Source: Octopus sinensis
Lineage: Eukaryota
Assembly: GCF_006345805.1 (NCBI RefSeq)
Contig: NC_043000.1
Coordinates: forward strand, 116,250,001 to 116,314,000
Length of the DNA stretch: 64,000 bases
Direction of reading: 5' to 3'
Shown here: piece after piece, positions 25,453 to 38,693 of the stretch
How positions within the stretch are numbered: the stretch's first letter is position 1
Layout of the letters: each line of letters opens with the position of its first letter
Position numbers and translations under genes: made by a program
Notes under the pieces: model-generated
The model's database searches: none
What the model was told of the DNA's origin: nothing
What the model saw: the letters and a program-made list of their open reading frames with translations, nothing else

Positions 25453-25614
25453 GGCGTAGGAGTGGCTGTGTGGTAAGGAGCTTGCTTACCAATCACATAG
25501 TTCCGGGTTCAGTTCCACTGCATGGCACCTTGGGCAAGTGTCTTCTACTATAGCCGTGGGCCGACCAAAGCTATGTGAGTGGATTTGGTAGACGGAAACT
25601 GAAAGAAGCCCGTC

Positions 25615-25671
<57 letters not shown>

Positions 25672-25830
25672 TGTGTGTCTCTGTGTGTTTGTCCCCCCAA
25701 CATCGCTTGACAACCGATGCTGGTGTGTTTACGTCCCCCGGTTCGGTTAAGTCCTGGGGTTGATTTATTTGACTAAAGGAGGTGCTGAAGCTTGGCCGCA
25801 GTCAAATGACTGAAACAAATAAAAGAATAA
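25453..25830 (+). mobile_element. SINE family B
   Basis: ggcgtaggagtggctgtgtggtaag head, tail gccgcagtcaaatgactgaaac, with an internal deletion. Confidence 0.9.
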
Positions 25831-25864
25831 AAGGATATATATATATAAATAAATAAATACATAA

Positions 25865-25895
<31 letters not shown>

Positions 25896-26444
25896 TGTGT
25901 GTGTGTGTGTGTACACACACATGCATACATACACCATCTGTGTTTATTATACTTCAACCGCTTGACAACCGGTTTTAGTTTGTTTACATCCTCATGGTTT
26001 AGCGGTTCGGGACTTGGCACCGATAAGATAGGTACTAGATTTAAAAGTATGAAATGAATACTAGGTTAAATTCGTTCCTCTGAAACCATTCAAGGCTAGG
26101 CGCCATCATGGCCGAAGTCCACTGATTAACACAAGCAAAAGATTAATAGTAAATGATAAGAATTGCACCTAACCTAAGGCTCCCATCATGCGCAATCAGC
26201 GCCTGCAACTAAAACTCTTATAAATTACCTACAGACAATTCGTAAAACTTTTGAAAATTTTCTTGTTTGTGATATTAATATTGTTTAACAGATTTCGGAG
26301 AGGCAGCACCAATTTCTTTGATAAGTTAAATGCAAACCATGTTTAAATTGAAATAATTCAGTTTAATTTCAAGGAATAATTTAAGTACAAAACTGGAATC
26401 TATTACAGCTGCAGTTGTAGCGAGCAAAAGTGTCACGACCGGTT

Positions 26445-26587
26445 TTTTGAAGAAAAAAATGTTTTAGCAAAGAGTTTAGAGTCTGATACACTTGGTGAAT
26501 TACGCCGTTTAATACTGTACTAAACAGCGTAATTCACCGAGTGTATCAGTCTCTAAACTCTTTGCTGAAATATTCTTTTCTTCAAAA
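26445..26587. repeat. Long imperfect palindrome (71-bp arms, 1-nt centre)
   Basis: 26445-26515 versus the reverse complement of 26517-26587 shows 7 mismatches by eye. Confidence 0.9.
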
Positions 26588-26985
26588 CGCCTGTCTAAAA
26601 CAGTGACAATGGTAATTCCAAAATCCTTTAAAGTTTTTTCATGACCTCTAAGAATTATTAAACATGTTATCAGGATTCCGTAGCATATAAGTAGCCGTGA
26701 TAGCAACTTTTACCTGAACGGAACACCCGTCCTTTCCAGGGCTCATAACAAACATTTTTGAGAAGAAGGGAGCTGTCAATAACACCAACCCCAGTTCTTG
26801 GTAGGTACTATATATTATCGGTACGAAGGTACGAAAGGCAAAACTGACACCAGCAGGTTTTGAACTTAAGACAGAATGAGCCAAAAATAAACAGCTGACA
26901 ATATTTGGTGTAATACCATTTCTGTCGTCTTGTTGCCTTCAGTCCAAGATATGGATGACTAATAAACTATAATGATATCAGATAA

Positions 26986-27216
26986 GGCGGCGAGGTGGCA
27001 GAAACGTTAGCACCTCGGGCGAAATGCGTAGCCGTATTTCGTCTACCGTTACGTTCTGAGTTCAAATTCCGCCGAGGTCGACTTTGCCTTTCATCCTTTC
27101 GGGGTTGATAAATTAAGTACCAGTTACGCACTGGTGTCGATGTAATCGACTTAATCCGCTTGTCTTTCCTTGTTTGTCCCTTCTGTGTTTAGCCCCTTGT
27201 GGGTAGTAGACAAATA
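26986..27216 (+). mobile_element. SINE family A with 15-bp TSD
   Basis: Full consensus; tataatgatatcaga at 26968-26982 and 27221-27235. Confidence 0.92.
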
Positions 27217-28407
27217 TATATATAATGATATCAGAATGTTGTAGGACAAACTAATTGACATGAAATTAACGTCTACAAAACTCGACAACAGTTCCAATAT
27301 TCTTTAATTGCATGCAGTTTATAATGTAGAGGTTTGTTTTAAATATATTTGTGCTACTTCAAAAGGTGTCGATGCCACACATACACATAGGGAGTCAGTA
27401 ACTGACAACAAATGAATGTAGAAAAAGTACAAAACACAATCAGCTCCGTTCTCAAAGCCAGAAATTGAAAACGAATCCAAAACTGGTTTGGCAACATGCC
27501 GTATCATCTTAATGAATTGTCGGATCTTAGTTACATTACTGGTGCAAAAAAAAAAAAAAATTATCAGAATAGAGCGAAATGCGAATCAATTACAACGCCA
27601 CGATTCCTTCCAAATCACAATGATATATCACCCAGCGTGACTAACACTGGGTTGAACATGAATTAAAATTACTTCAGAGATGTCTTCAGAATGGAAATTT
27701 TGCTTTAGAAGTGTTCAGTTGTAATTTATAAATCCAGAAATCTTGGCACATTGAAGCGTCACACGTCGATAGTCGTAAGCTTAATTGATTCAGATTAAAT
27801 TTGAATCATACAATAAACCTCAGCTTCTCAACATTATTTCTATTAGGCTATTGTGGGACTATACTGGTAGATACGTTTACTGCAAATGGATTATCGAATT
27901 GTGTACGTGTAATGTTGATAAGCTAACCTCGAATTCCTGATGCAGAAGATTTGTTAAACAACACAGAGTGCTGAGAGAAATAAAAAAGCATTTTATTCAA
28001 GCATGGAGCCGGTTCGATATGAAGCCAGTACAACATACCTCACTAAAAATTGACGAATGCAAGTAAAGCCGGATTATTCAGTGTTTCAGATTTTCGAAAT
28101 GATCAGCTACAATTAACGGCGTAAATAATTAAGTTCGAATTTTTACTTGAAATCAGGAATACTTCCAAGAATGTCCTTGCGAACGACGTACCAAGGGCAG
28201 ATAAATGTTTCCTTAAACATGGGCAGTTATCTCAAAGCTCATTTCAAATTGTGAGTAGAATCCCGAAAACTGGTCGCGTTAAATAAACTATTAAATACTG
28301 TCGAAACATAACGAATATCAGTGGAGAAACTCAATCATTATCATCTTAGCTATTAAATTCTTATTTCAACAGTTAGTTCTGGTTGATACTGGCAGAAAAT
28401 ATTTATG

Positions 28408-28498
<91 letters not shown>

Positions 28499-28506
28499 AA
28501 TCTGTT

Positions 28507-28556
<50 letters not shown>

Positions 28557-28693
28557 ATTATCTATCTATCCATCCATCTATCTATCTCCCTATCTGTCTC
28601 CTGTCGGTCTGTCTACCTGTCTACCTCTCTCTCTATCTGTATGTATGTATGTATGTATGTATGTATGTGAAGATTTGTATGTTTTATGTATAT

Positions 28694-28741
28694 AAAACAG
28701 CGGTGCATCAGCATGGCCGCAGCTCTGAGCTGAAACTAGAG
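28694..28741 (+). mobile_element. Isolated CR1-type LINE 3' tail
   Basis: aaaacagcggtgcatcagcatggccgcagctctgagctgaaactagag matches the tails at 17266-17312 and 42563-42610. Confidence 0.8.
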
Positions 28742-28886
28742 AGAAAAAAATTCTCATGCATATACTTGCATATCTAGACATGCTCATATAATAAATATAT
28801 CATACTTATATATGCATGTATGTATGTATGTCTTATATATGTACTCTCATGCATATAGTTATATATCTAGACATGCTCATATATAT

Positions 28887-29160
28887 TTAAAGGATAAACT
28901 TCTGGAAAGATTTACAGATTTTCATTGTTCCAGTGATGGATTGGATCTCTAGGCTTCGAATTAGCTTCCTCCTTTGTGGCTTTGAGAAGTCTAATTTCTC
29001 AAGATTGGTATTTAGGAAGTGTGTTACATATCCCAGGGCCCCAATAATTACAGGTATAAACCTGAACATGTAATCCAGATAGAGTAACTGCAGTTCAGAA
29101 TAGGTGTTCTCTTTTTCACTGATCTTCAGCTTTATGTTAACATCCAGTAGGCAGCTAATT
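28887..29160 (-). pseudogene. R4/Dong-like LINE C-terminal restriction-like endonuclease fragment
   Basis: ISCLLDVNIKLKISEKENTYSELQLLY...FIPVIIGALGYV...LEKL...ICKSFQKF matches the RLE pattern D.N...K..EK..KY..L.....PV.IGALG. Confidence 0.75.
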
Positions 29161-29265
29161 TTAGAACTATACACAGTTTCTAGTATGTATGGAAGCCTGC
29201 ATGAATATATGCAAATATATATGTATGTATATATGTATGTTTGTGTGTATCTATGTAGTATTAAC

Positions 29266-29342
<77 letters not shown>

Positions 29343-29913
29343 CATCATTATTATTGTTGTTGTTGTTGTAGTTCTTATTCTGATATAGCGAATAATTGAT
29401 AGTTGATTAATTTTATTGCTTGCATAGTGCAACTTTGCGCTAAACACTATAACAACCTGTCATTCATGCTAACATCCCCTCCAACCATGCCTGCTCCCCT
29501 TTATCATCATGTACTTCATTTAACCAATATATTACTTTATACTGACGTACACTCTTGAACGATATTATCAAAATATACTTTCATTCATTTTCTTTCATTT
29601 TTCTACTTATTCACCTCATCACACATTCCAGATAATTCTATGGCTTGCATAGTTATGTATGTATTCTAGTGATTTGTGAGTGCATGTGAGTTTGTATTCG
29701 TGCCTTGTGTGAATGCATGTTGGCGTAAGTTTTCATAAACTCAAGTGCATATAAATGTTGTTGTGTGCGTGCATGTAGGTATGTAGATGGTTTTAGGTTT
29801 ATTCAGGCGAAAATATGCGCCCACATACCTGAATATTCGTACGCTAAATATGAATACAACACTATGTAAATTTACATGTACATACATACATACATAGATA
29901 GATAGAGAAATAT

Positions 29914-30066
29914 TGGCGTAGGAGTGGCTGTGTGGAAAGTAGCTTGCTTACGAACCACATGGTTCCCAGTTCAGTCCCACTGCCTGGCACCTTGGGCAAG
30001 TGTCTTCTATTATAGTCTCGGGCCGACCAAAGCCTTCTGAGTGGATTTGGTAGACGGAAACTGAAA
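29914..30066 (+). mobile_element. SINE family B, 5' half
   Basis: ggcgtaggagtggctgtgtgg...gtggatttggtagacggaaactgaaa. Confidence 0.88.
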
Positions 30067-31079
30067 TGACAAAAAAAAAACCCCAAAAAATAGTTGACTT
30101 TTTAAACAAAACTTTGGATATAAACAGATAAATATAACTGACATCTGAAATGTGACCTAAGAATTAGAGGAAAGTAGCTTCCGCGAGACAGTTGAGGGAA
30201 ACTTGCTATAATGACAAGATCGAGTACTTAAAGCCAATCCACCTTAAGATGAACAAAATAACCTCAATTCTATACAAATTATAATGTCTTTTATGTTTCA
30301 TTTACTCTTTCAGTATTCCCAGCATGAGCTTCATATTTGTAGGAGACAGAGCTCTGGCTTCAGTAAGTGTGGATATCCGATCATGATTATCTTCTACACC
30401 TTAAACTCAGGCAGCCAAATACTTTTCAATGTTTATACAACACATTTAAAATATATATACACACATACTAAATAATACATATAGGATGCAAATATAATGT
30501 TTCTTTTGAATATGATAACTTTGATGTGAATGAGGTATTGAGCGTTCTTGTAATCGATATATTTGCAGAAATGCATTGAGATTGTCTTTGGTTATCATGT
30601 TATCGTTGTTATCAAAGAAAAGGAACATAAAATTCTATGTTTTTGATTAGGAAACGAGTGAATAGGCAATTTTTAACAGTTCCTGAATACGAAATGAGTG
30701 GTTGTAGTTAGTTATTAAAATAGCCATTGCGTTAAGACTAATTTTCTTCCTTCACTTTAGAATTCGTTGATTATTAGCGAAAGGGAATGTATATCGTTTA
30801 TCTTCTACCTGTAATGCAGGTCTTGTAATATTTAGCAAACAATATTGTAATATTTTTTTTTGCTGTGTGGCTCAGAAACTTAACAACTGCGCTTTAACTT
30901 GTACAAGTGTCTTCTACAATAGTCCTAGACCGGACCAAAGCCTTGTAATAGTAAGCCCCGTATAGTTTACGTGCATAAATATGTTTCCGTGTGTTTCTCC
31001 TCGCGACCGCTTGACAACCGGCGTTGGTTTGTTTTAATCCCTCGTTCTAGATTTAAAAAAATGAATAAGTTACTTTCTT

Positions 31080-31272
31080 TTTTACTTGTTTTAGTCATTT
31101 AACTGTGGCCATGCTGCAGCACCGCCTTTAGTCGAGCACATCGACCCCAGGCCTTATTCTTTGTAAGCCTAGTACTCATTCTATCGGTCCCTTTTGCCGA
31201 ACCGCTAAGTACGGGGACGTAAACACACCAACATCGGTTGTCAAGCGATATTGGGGACAAATAGACACACCT

Positions 31273-31350
<78 letters not shown>

Positions 31351-31531
31351 TATATACATACATATATACGACGGGCTTCTTTCAGTTTCCGTCTACCAAA
31401 TCCACTCACAAGGTTTTGGTCGGCCCGAGGCAATAGGAGAAGACTTTTGCGCAAGATGCCACGCAGTGGGACTAATCCCGGAACTATGTTATTGGTAAGC
31501 AAGCTATTTACCACACAGCCACTCCTACGCG
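31080..31531 (-). mobile_element. SINE family B, full length
   Basis: Reverse complement of the consensus. Confidence 0.9.
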
Positions 31532-32174
31532 TATAGGTTCCAGATAAAAAAAAAGGAAATATGTACGGAGGGGGACCTGATCGACTAAAAATCCTTCAAA
31601 TAGATCCCCAGCAGAGTCACATTGATGTGATGGAACAAATGACCGATAAACATAGTATATTCATTTTAACTACATTTTTAGCGATCAAGAAAATGGTCAA
31701 TGTACGTGTAAAAATTATTGTATGTATAAAAAGCTGTTAATTTTGACGACAAAATGTTTGTATACTGAGAAAGCGCAAATCTTCACCAAGGCAACACCAA
31801 CGTTCTCTCAACGAATAGCCGGAGATGATTTATTTAAATAAGAATATCTGGAATAAACTCGACTGCTCTCACAACCGGGAATACTAAAAACAACACAGCT
31901 ACAATAATCTTAGGATATATTGTTTTTATATTCCACTATTATTTCTCTTTTGATAACTTTCTCCTTCCTCTGTTTATACTTTATCTAATAATATAATACT
32001 CCTAAAAATAATAATAATTGATTCCTTGGTATGCATATGCATACACAAATGAATATAAAAATATAGAAATATATATGCATGTGTTTATGTATGTTTATAT
32101 GTACGTGTGTATATGTATAAGTGTGTATATGTGCATGTATTTGTATTTATAGCTTACCCTTATGCACTTTGTAA

Positions 32175-32300
32175 ACTGTCTGACGAAGTCCAAAGACACA
32201 CCCAAGTACCTAAATCTTATCTACCAAATACCTTAGTTCACTGAAGGGATATAAGTAGATCGGGGTACTTTGGCCTCTTGGCTGAAACAGCTGTAAGATA
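32175..32300 (+). ncRNA. Type I hammerhead motif with long stem II
   Basis: CTGACGA (32180)-agtccaaag...tcttggct-GAAAC-agct-GTA-agata; inner helices aagtacc/ggtactt and cctt/aagg; palindrome acagctgt; stem I is weak (tgtct/agata overlaps the core). Confidence 0.7.
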
Positions 32301-32468
32301 TTATCCTATCTTTTGTGATCTACGTTATATATTTTAATAATTACAGGTGAGCACACCAGCATCGCATGTCAAGCGATGTTGGGCGGGAACAAAAACAGGC
32401 ACACAAACACAGACACACATACACCCTTTCATATATATATATATATCGTAAAGGTTATTTGCCAAAAC

Positions 32469-32539
<71 letters not shown>

Positions 32540-32545
32540 CATTTT

Positions 32546-32602
<57 letters not shown>

Positions 32603-33318
32603 TTATCTGTATGTGTATATATATGAATACGAACGGTCACATACACACTAACATACTTACAAGGACAATAATCCTCATAAAATATTGTTGGAGTTGAAAT
32701 ATTCCAGCAAAGTTTGTGTTAGCTCCTCACGTGAAAAACACATTAGAGCTGTTTATTTGATTTTGCCAGAGAAATGCGAAGAATACTTTGTGTATGTATC
32801 ATAATTTTCTCATTATTCTCTTCGTAATGTTTGCTTGCTGTATAAGACATAAACACATTTTGTCTATAATAAAAAAAATATTAAAATAAGAGGGCGATGA
32901 TTGTTTGATGCTTATAGGATCGTTTGCTTTGCCTTATTAATTTGCATGATGGCATTGTATTATTGGGTTCAAATTTTAGGACAAGGGTAGCAATTTCCAG
33001 TGAAGGGTTGAGTGAATTACATTGACCTCAGTGCGCAGCTGGTACTTATTTAATCAACCCTTTAAGTATGAAATGGAAAGTTCAGCTCGGCGGAATTTAA
33101 ACACATATCATTAAGACAGACGAAATAGAGCAGAGCATTTTGCCTGGGTTTCTAAGAATTCTACACCCTTACCGCTTTATTGCATAATATTATTTTATTA
33201 AATACATAAGAGAGTATTTACTGAAGAGATCACTATACTAGAATGAAGACAATGTGATTGAATAATGATTATTGGATGGGAAATATGTATTCCTCTTAGA
33301 AGCAACGAAAGATTAATA

Positions 33319-33695
33319 TCTCTCTATATATATAAACGGCAAAATGTGTGTGTGTGTTGTGTGTGTGTGTCCTTTATACAAATCCACAATTTTTCAGTTA
33401 GAGGCTCGCACTTTCTATGGTAATTCAAAGCCGTCGAAGGGTGGTCGTGCACATCTTTACATTTCCCCAGTCACCCCGCAAAGCTATTAAAAAATCAATA
33501 GATGTGTCTTTTTTTTGAATTTTTTTATCCAAAACCCAATCAAAATGCTCGAAATTTGATACGCCAACTGAATGTCAGCTAGCTGTATGTGATTGGTCGG
33601 AGATTTGGACAGTACTTGCGTGTATGTGCGCACGCACGCAGCTGCATATGCATGCACTAGCACTATGATCCGGCGTTGCCGGGTCACAGTGCTGG
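33319..33695 (+). mobile_element. Non-autonomous Helitron
   Basis: A|TCTCTCTATATATATAAACGGCA 5' end (same as the 12311-12692 element), 3' hairpin gatccggc-gtt-gccgggtc, then CTGG|T. Confidence 0.8.
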
Positions 33696-35129
33696 TAGAC
33701 ACTTAGAGAAGTATCAATGTCATACTTGAAGTTGTGTTTTGACACTGGAAGTATTGTAACTTGCTAAACATGATGAATCCACAGTAAAATTGTAGCAAAT
33801 ACATATTAAACTTCAAAGCTGTAAAAATGAGAGAAAAAGTACTCAATACACAACTACGTTATACGTACATGTGTACATATAAGTCCAATAATCTGCATAA
33901 AATCATCATGCCACAATTTATGTATCATACTTAATGTATTCACACTGGCTAATTTGATAAAACACTGTCTCAATTGCACATACCGAATTTGTGATGACCC
34001 AGGCGACTATTCCCAACATCATTATATGATTTATTCATAGATTTCGTTATTAGGGACGATCATGTGGATGGTCGTAATTGAGCGCCTTTGAAACGAGGCC
34101 TAAAAGCCTGAAATAACTGCCATTCTCGCTGATCGATTTCGGGATGAATTTTTATCGCCAGTTGATATTTGTTGCATTTTTAACACAGCTAGACATTTAC
34201 TGCCGCAGCTGCCCTACGGATAGTGTGCATATGTTATATAGTCCCCTAAATTATCAGCGCGTTTAAGCTAAATGTTTTAACGCTTCATTGAAGACACCTG
34301 AATCGTAACACATTTAAAACTTTGGCGTTGCTTGAAGCGGTAGAGCATCTCTTCTTTGTTCCTGACTAAAAAGAGATGAATCTTTCATTCCGGATAAACT
34401 TTATTGATATTTGAAATGAATAACCAAAAATTTCATATTGGAGTAGTAATGCTTTTCTTTTTTAAGAAAAGGAGAAAACTCTGCAAAGACTTGCAAATAC
34501 ATTCGACTTACCCTCTGCCCGGAATTTGTTGGCCTTGTGCCAAAACTTTGAAATCAATATTCAGTATTTCACCTGAAATACGTCATTGGAGGAATTTGAA
34601 TTCAAAGTGTTAAGACAGAAGAAATACCACTAAGCATTTCGTCCGGCATGGGGACAATTCTGTCACGTCGGCACCTTACATTCTTACTTCATATTTAAAA
34701 CACAAGTGCAACAATTCTGTGCCAGACACTTCGAAATCTCCAAAATATGCATCGAAATAATTCCAGTAGTTTTTCTAAGACAGTAGCATTTTGGCATATA
34801 AGTAAATACCAAATGCCGTGTTGGCGACTAATATTTGTACAATTTTGAAATTATGATAAATTTAATATCCACATCTTTAAAGTAGGGAATATTAAAATGT
34901 TATCTATAAATATTTATACAGCAGGAAAAAAAACTGTGTTATGCACGGATAATTATTTCAATTATTCCGGTATGAAGAGAACAGTATTCCAGGAATGTTT
35001 TGGTATTAACGTAAACAGAAGAACACATATCATTTTTCCCTAAGCAGGTAACCCCATTTATGCGTGTAAATTCCTCCATATAATGGGGGTTGCTCAAAGG
35101 TTGCTGGCTTTGGGTGAAAGGAAATACAA

Positions 35130-35304
35130 GAGTATCAGTCAATTAAGATTTTATTTCATATATTCCCCTCTCAGATTCACACACTTATTAGAGCAGTCCT
35201 TCAGTTTTTTCTGAGCCGTGTAAAAGAGCTCGGACGGTTAGACCTCTCCAAGCAGGCCTTTCGCAATAGCGTTAAAGCCAGAAACGTCTCAGCACCCCCT
35301 AGTA
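35130..35304 (-). mobile_element. Mariner-type terminal fragment
   Basis: Minus strand begins tactagggggtgctgagacgtttctggcttt, a TACGAGGG-type mariner TIR. Confidence 0.55.
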
Positions 35305-35309
35305 CACAC

Positions 35310-35557
35310 ATATGTATATGTATATATATATATATATAGTACATATATATATATATATATATATATAGTACATATGTATATATATATATATATATAGTAC
35401 ATATATATACATATATATATGTATATATATATAGTACATATATATATGTATATATATATATATATATATATAGTACATATATATATGTATATATATATAC
35501 ATATATATATATATAGTACATATATGTATATGTATATGTATATATATATATAATATA

Positions 35558-35588
<31 letters not shown>

Positions 35589-36112
35589 GTACATATATTT
35601 AAATATATTCATTTTAATATCTATTTAAAACCAGTAGTCCAGCATACAAAAAATCTGAGAAGTCAGAGAAAATTCTAATATATGTGTATATTGGCAGGGC
35701 CACACTGCTAGGTAGTCGGCCAAATGCTAGAAATAGATCATCAACGATCAAACTACAAAGGGAATTCTCTAGAGGAAAAATTCAGCGAACACCAGAACCA
35801 AATTTGGCGGGAAGGACAGATGAAAAATTTATATAAAAAACAGAATTAAATGTATACCTCGGTTTCGGCCTTTAACAAAAGAATTACTTACATAATTCAA
35901 ATGTCCGTGGCTTCATCAGTGCATTCGTTCAGCGTAAATACAGTCCGTAAAACTAACCCCAGCTTTCTGTGCCAAGTCAGACACGTGCTTAGTTTTACCG
36001 ATTACATTAGGGATAAAATTTCATAATATGTATATATATAGTACATATATATATGTATATATTATATATATGTATATATATGACATATATATATGTATAT
36101 ATATATATATAC

Positions 36113-36146
<34 letters not shown>

Positions 36147-36212
36147 ATATATATATAGCACATATATATATGTATATATATATATATATATACTATATAT
36201 ATATAATAGTAC

Positions 36213-36256
<44 letters not shown>

Positions 36257-36268
36257 TATAATATATAC

Positions 36269-36301
<33 letters not shown>

Positions 36302-36322
36302 GTACATATATATATATATATC

Positions 36323-36388
<66 letters not shown>

Positions 36389-36405
36389 ATATATATATAT
36401 GTATA
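35310..36405. repeat. Two (TA)n arrays punctuated by GTAC, flanking a unique insert (~35610-36025)
   Basis: tatatagtacatata units recur at 35310-35600 and 36026-36405. Confidence 0.85.
35850..35924 (-). ncRNA. Type I hammerhead motif, slightly decayed
   Basis: Minus strand atgca-CTGATGA-agcc...ggcc-GAAAC-cgag-GTA-tacat; inner helix gaatta/taattc; one mismatch in stem I. Confidence 0.7.
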
Positions 36406-36669
36406 CATACACGCAGTTTGGCAACGGTAATTTCGTGTTTATACCACCGTAACTTAGCGCTTCGGAAAAAAGGAACCGATGGATTACGCACTAGGCTTTA
36501 AAATATAAGTACTAGGTTCGATATATTCGACTAAACTGCTTGAAGCTGGTGCTGCAGCATGGCCACAATGCAATGGCGGAAATATGTAAACGATAAAAGA
36601 AATAGCAACGCATCACGAGTTGGACGATATATACATATACATATGCATACATACATGCATACATATACG

Positions 36670-36704
<35 letters not shown>

Positions 36705-36838
36705 TTGTATTAATATATATATATGTGTATGTATGTATATATATATATGTGTATGTATGCATATATATATATGTATGTGTGTGTATGTATATATATATAT
36801 ATATAAACATATGTACGGAAACTGAACCATGCTCGCTG

Positions 36839-36892
<54 letters not shown>

Positions 36893-38274
36893 CAGACATA
36901 TATCTGTACAATGACCTTCTTTCAATTTTCGGCTAGCAGATCTAATGTCAAAGCTGTGACCGGCAGAAGCTATAATGGAAGACAGTCAAGGGACCGAACC
37001 CAAAACCACGTGACTGGAAAGGAAACTTCTTTCCATGTAAGACTCCCTGTGCTTATCTATATCATTTTAACTAACCTTCAGTTGGCCGTTGGAGAAGGTC
37101 TTTTATTACCCCAGGGCTTTGCGAAATTTGGTAAACATAATATTAAAGTGTTGTGATGGTAAACTACCTCGCTTTATACTTTCTGGAGAATATGCTTGGG
37201 GCTGGTACTTATTGAAAATATCATTATCACCAGCTTTCTTTGAGGAAGAATTTTAATAAGGAAAGAAAAAAAATGAAGAAACATACATACACTTACACGC
37301 AAGTAAACACACACAAATACACAAACACACACTTACATTTGTGTACAGGTGTGTGTATTCCTTTTTCTGTATATTACGTTTATATCATGACCACCGTATT
37401 GTTTTAAAATTTAACCTCAAGGAGAAATGTATTTTCATTTTATATACAAACGGTTGCTTATGATCTAATATGGCTGCGAAGACCTAAGCAAAGCCCATTG
37501 TTTCATATTTCGCTGTTCATTATTCAATTATGCTGTTTCTGAATGGAGAAAATGTCTGCTGTTTATTTATTTGTTTTGAAAAAATTTGAAAATATATTAA
37601 ATGTGAACTACAACCATTGATATTGTAAATCTATTTTACATTTATTTAATAATATTCCATTCGCTTCCGTTTTTCCATCTCATACACGTGTCTCTATAAT
37701 TTCAATTTTTAAAGAAATAGCAGAGTTCTATTTGCATAGTTATCCAAATCAGATTCATTTAAAGAATGTGGTTAAATAACTGTTTTTGTTTTTATTATTT
37801 GCAGAGTTCACGTAGACAGGTATCATTGGTCATTGGCTAACAAGGTCACTTGACAATCATTAGAGCCAAGATTTATTGCAATTATTTGGAATAATAGTCA
37901 ATTCATGTTTAATCCTTCACCCTTTTTTTTTATCGTATATGAGTGAAATTGGGTGCGTATAAAAGGGAAACTCTCTGTAATTCAAAGTTCGTCTCTGGTC
38001 CAGTCTAGTCCTGTCACATTGTCAAATGGTGCAGCTGAAGAATGAGCCTCGTTATAAAACTGAACACGGAATACTCAGTCAGACACTTACTGAATATAAG
38101 GCATCGATAATTTACATGAGAGAACATCTACATGTTCATCGTCGAAAAGTCAAGAAAATCAATCATCGTCATTTAGTTATTGAAATACAAAACAAGTCAA
38201 AATTTATTATTGGGTACGGTAGGAGTATTAGTTAAAACTAGCATTCCGTATACCATACAAAATGCAGATATACC

Positions 38275-38503
38275 CTTTACTTGTTTCAGTCATTTGACTG
38301 CGGCCATGCTGGAGCACCGTCTTTAGTCGAGCAAATCGACCACAGGACTTATTCTTTGGAAGCCTAGTACTTATGCTATCGGTCTCTTTTTGCGGAACCG
38401 CTAAGTTACGGGGACGTAAACACACCACCATCGGTTGTCAAGCGATGTTGGGGGATAAACACAGGCACACAAACATACACACACACACACACACATTATA
38501 TAT

Positions 38504-38541
<38 letters not shown>

Positions 38542-38693
38542 CGACGGGCCTCTTTCAGTTTCTGTCTACCAAATCCACTCACACGGCTTTGGACGACCCG
38601 AGGCTATAGTAGAAGACATTTGCCCAAGGTGCCACGCTGCAGGAATGAACCTAGAAGAATGTGGTTGTTAAGCAAGCTACTTATCACACAGCC
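38275..38693 (-). mobile_element. SINE family B, full length
   Basis: Reverse complement of the consensus. Confidence 0.9.
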
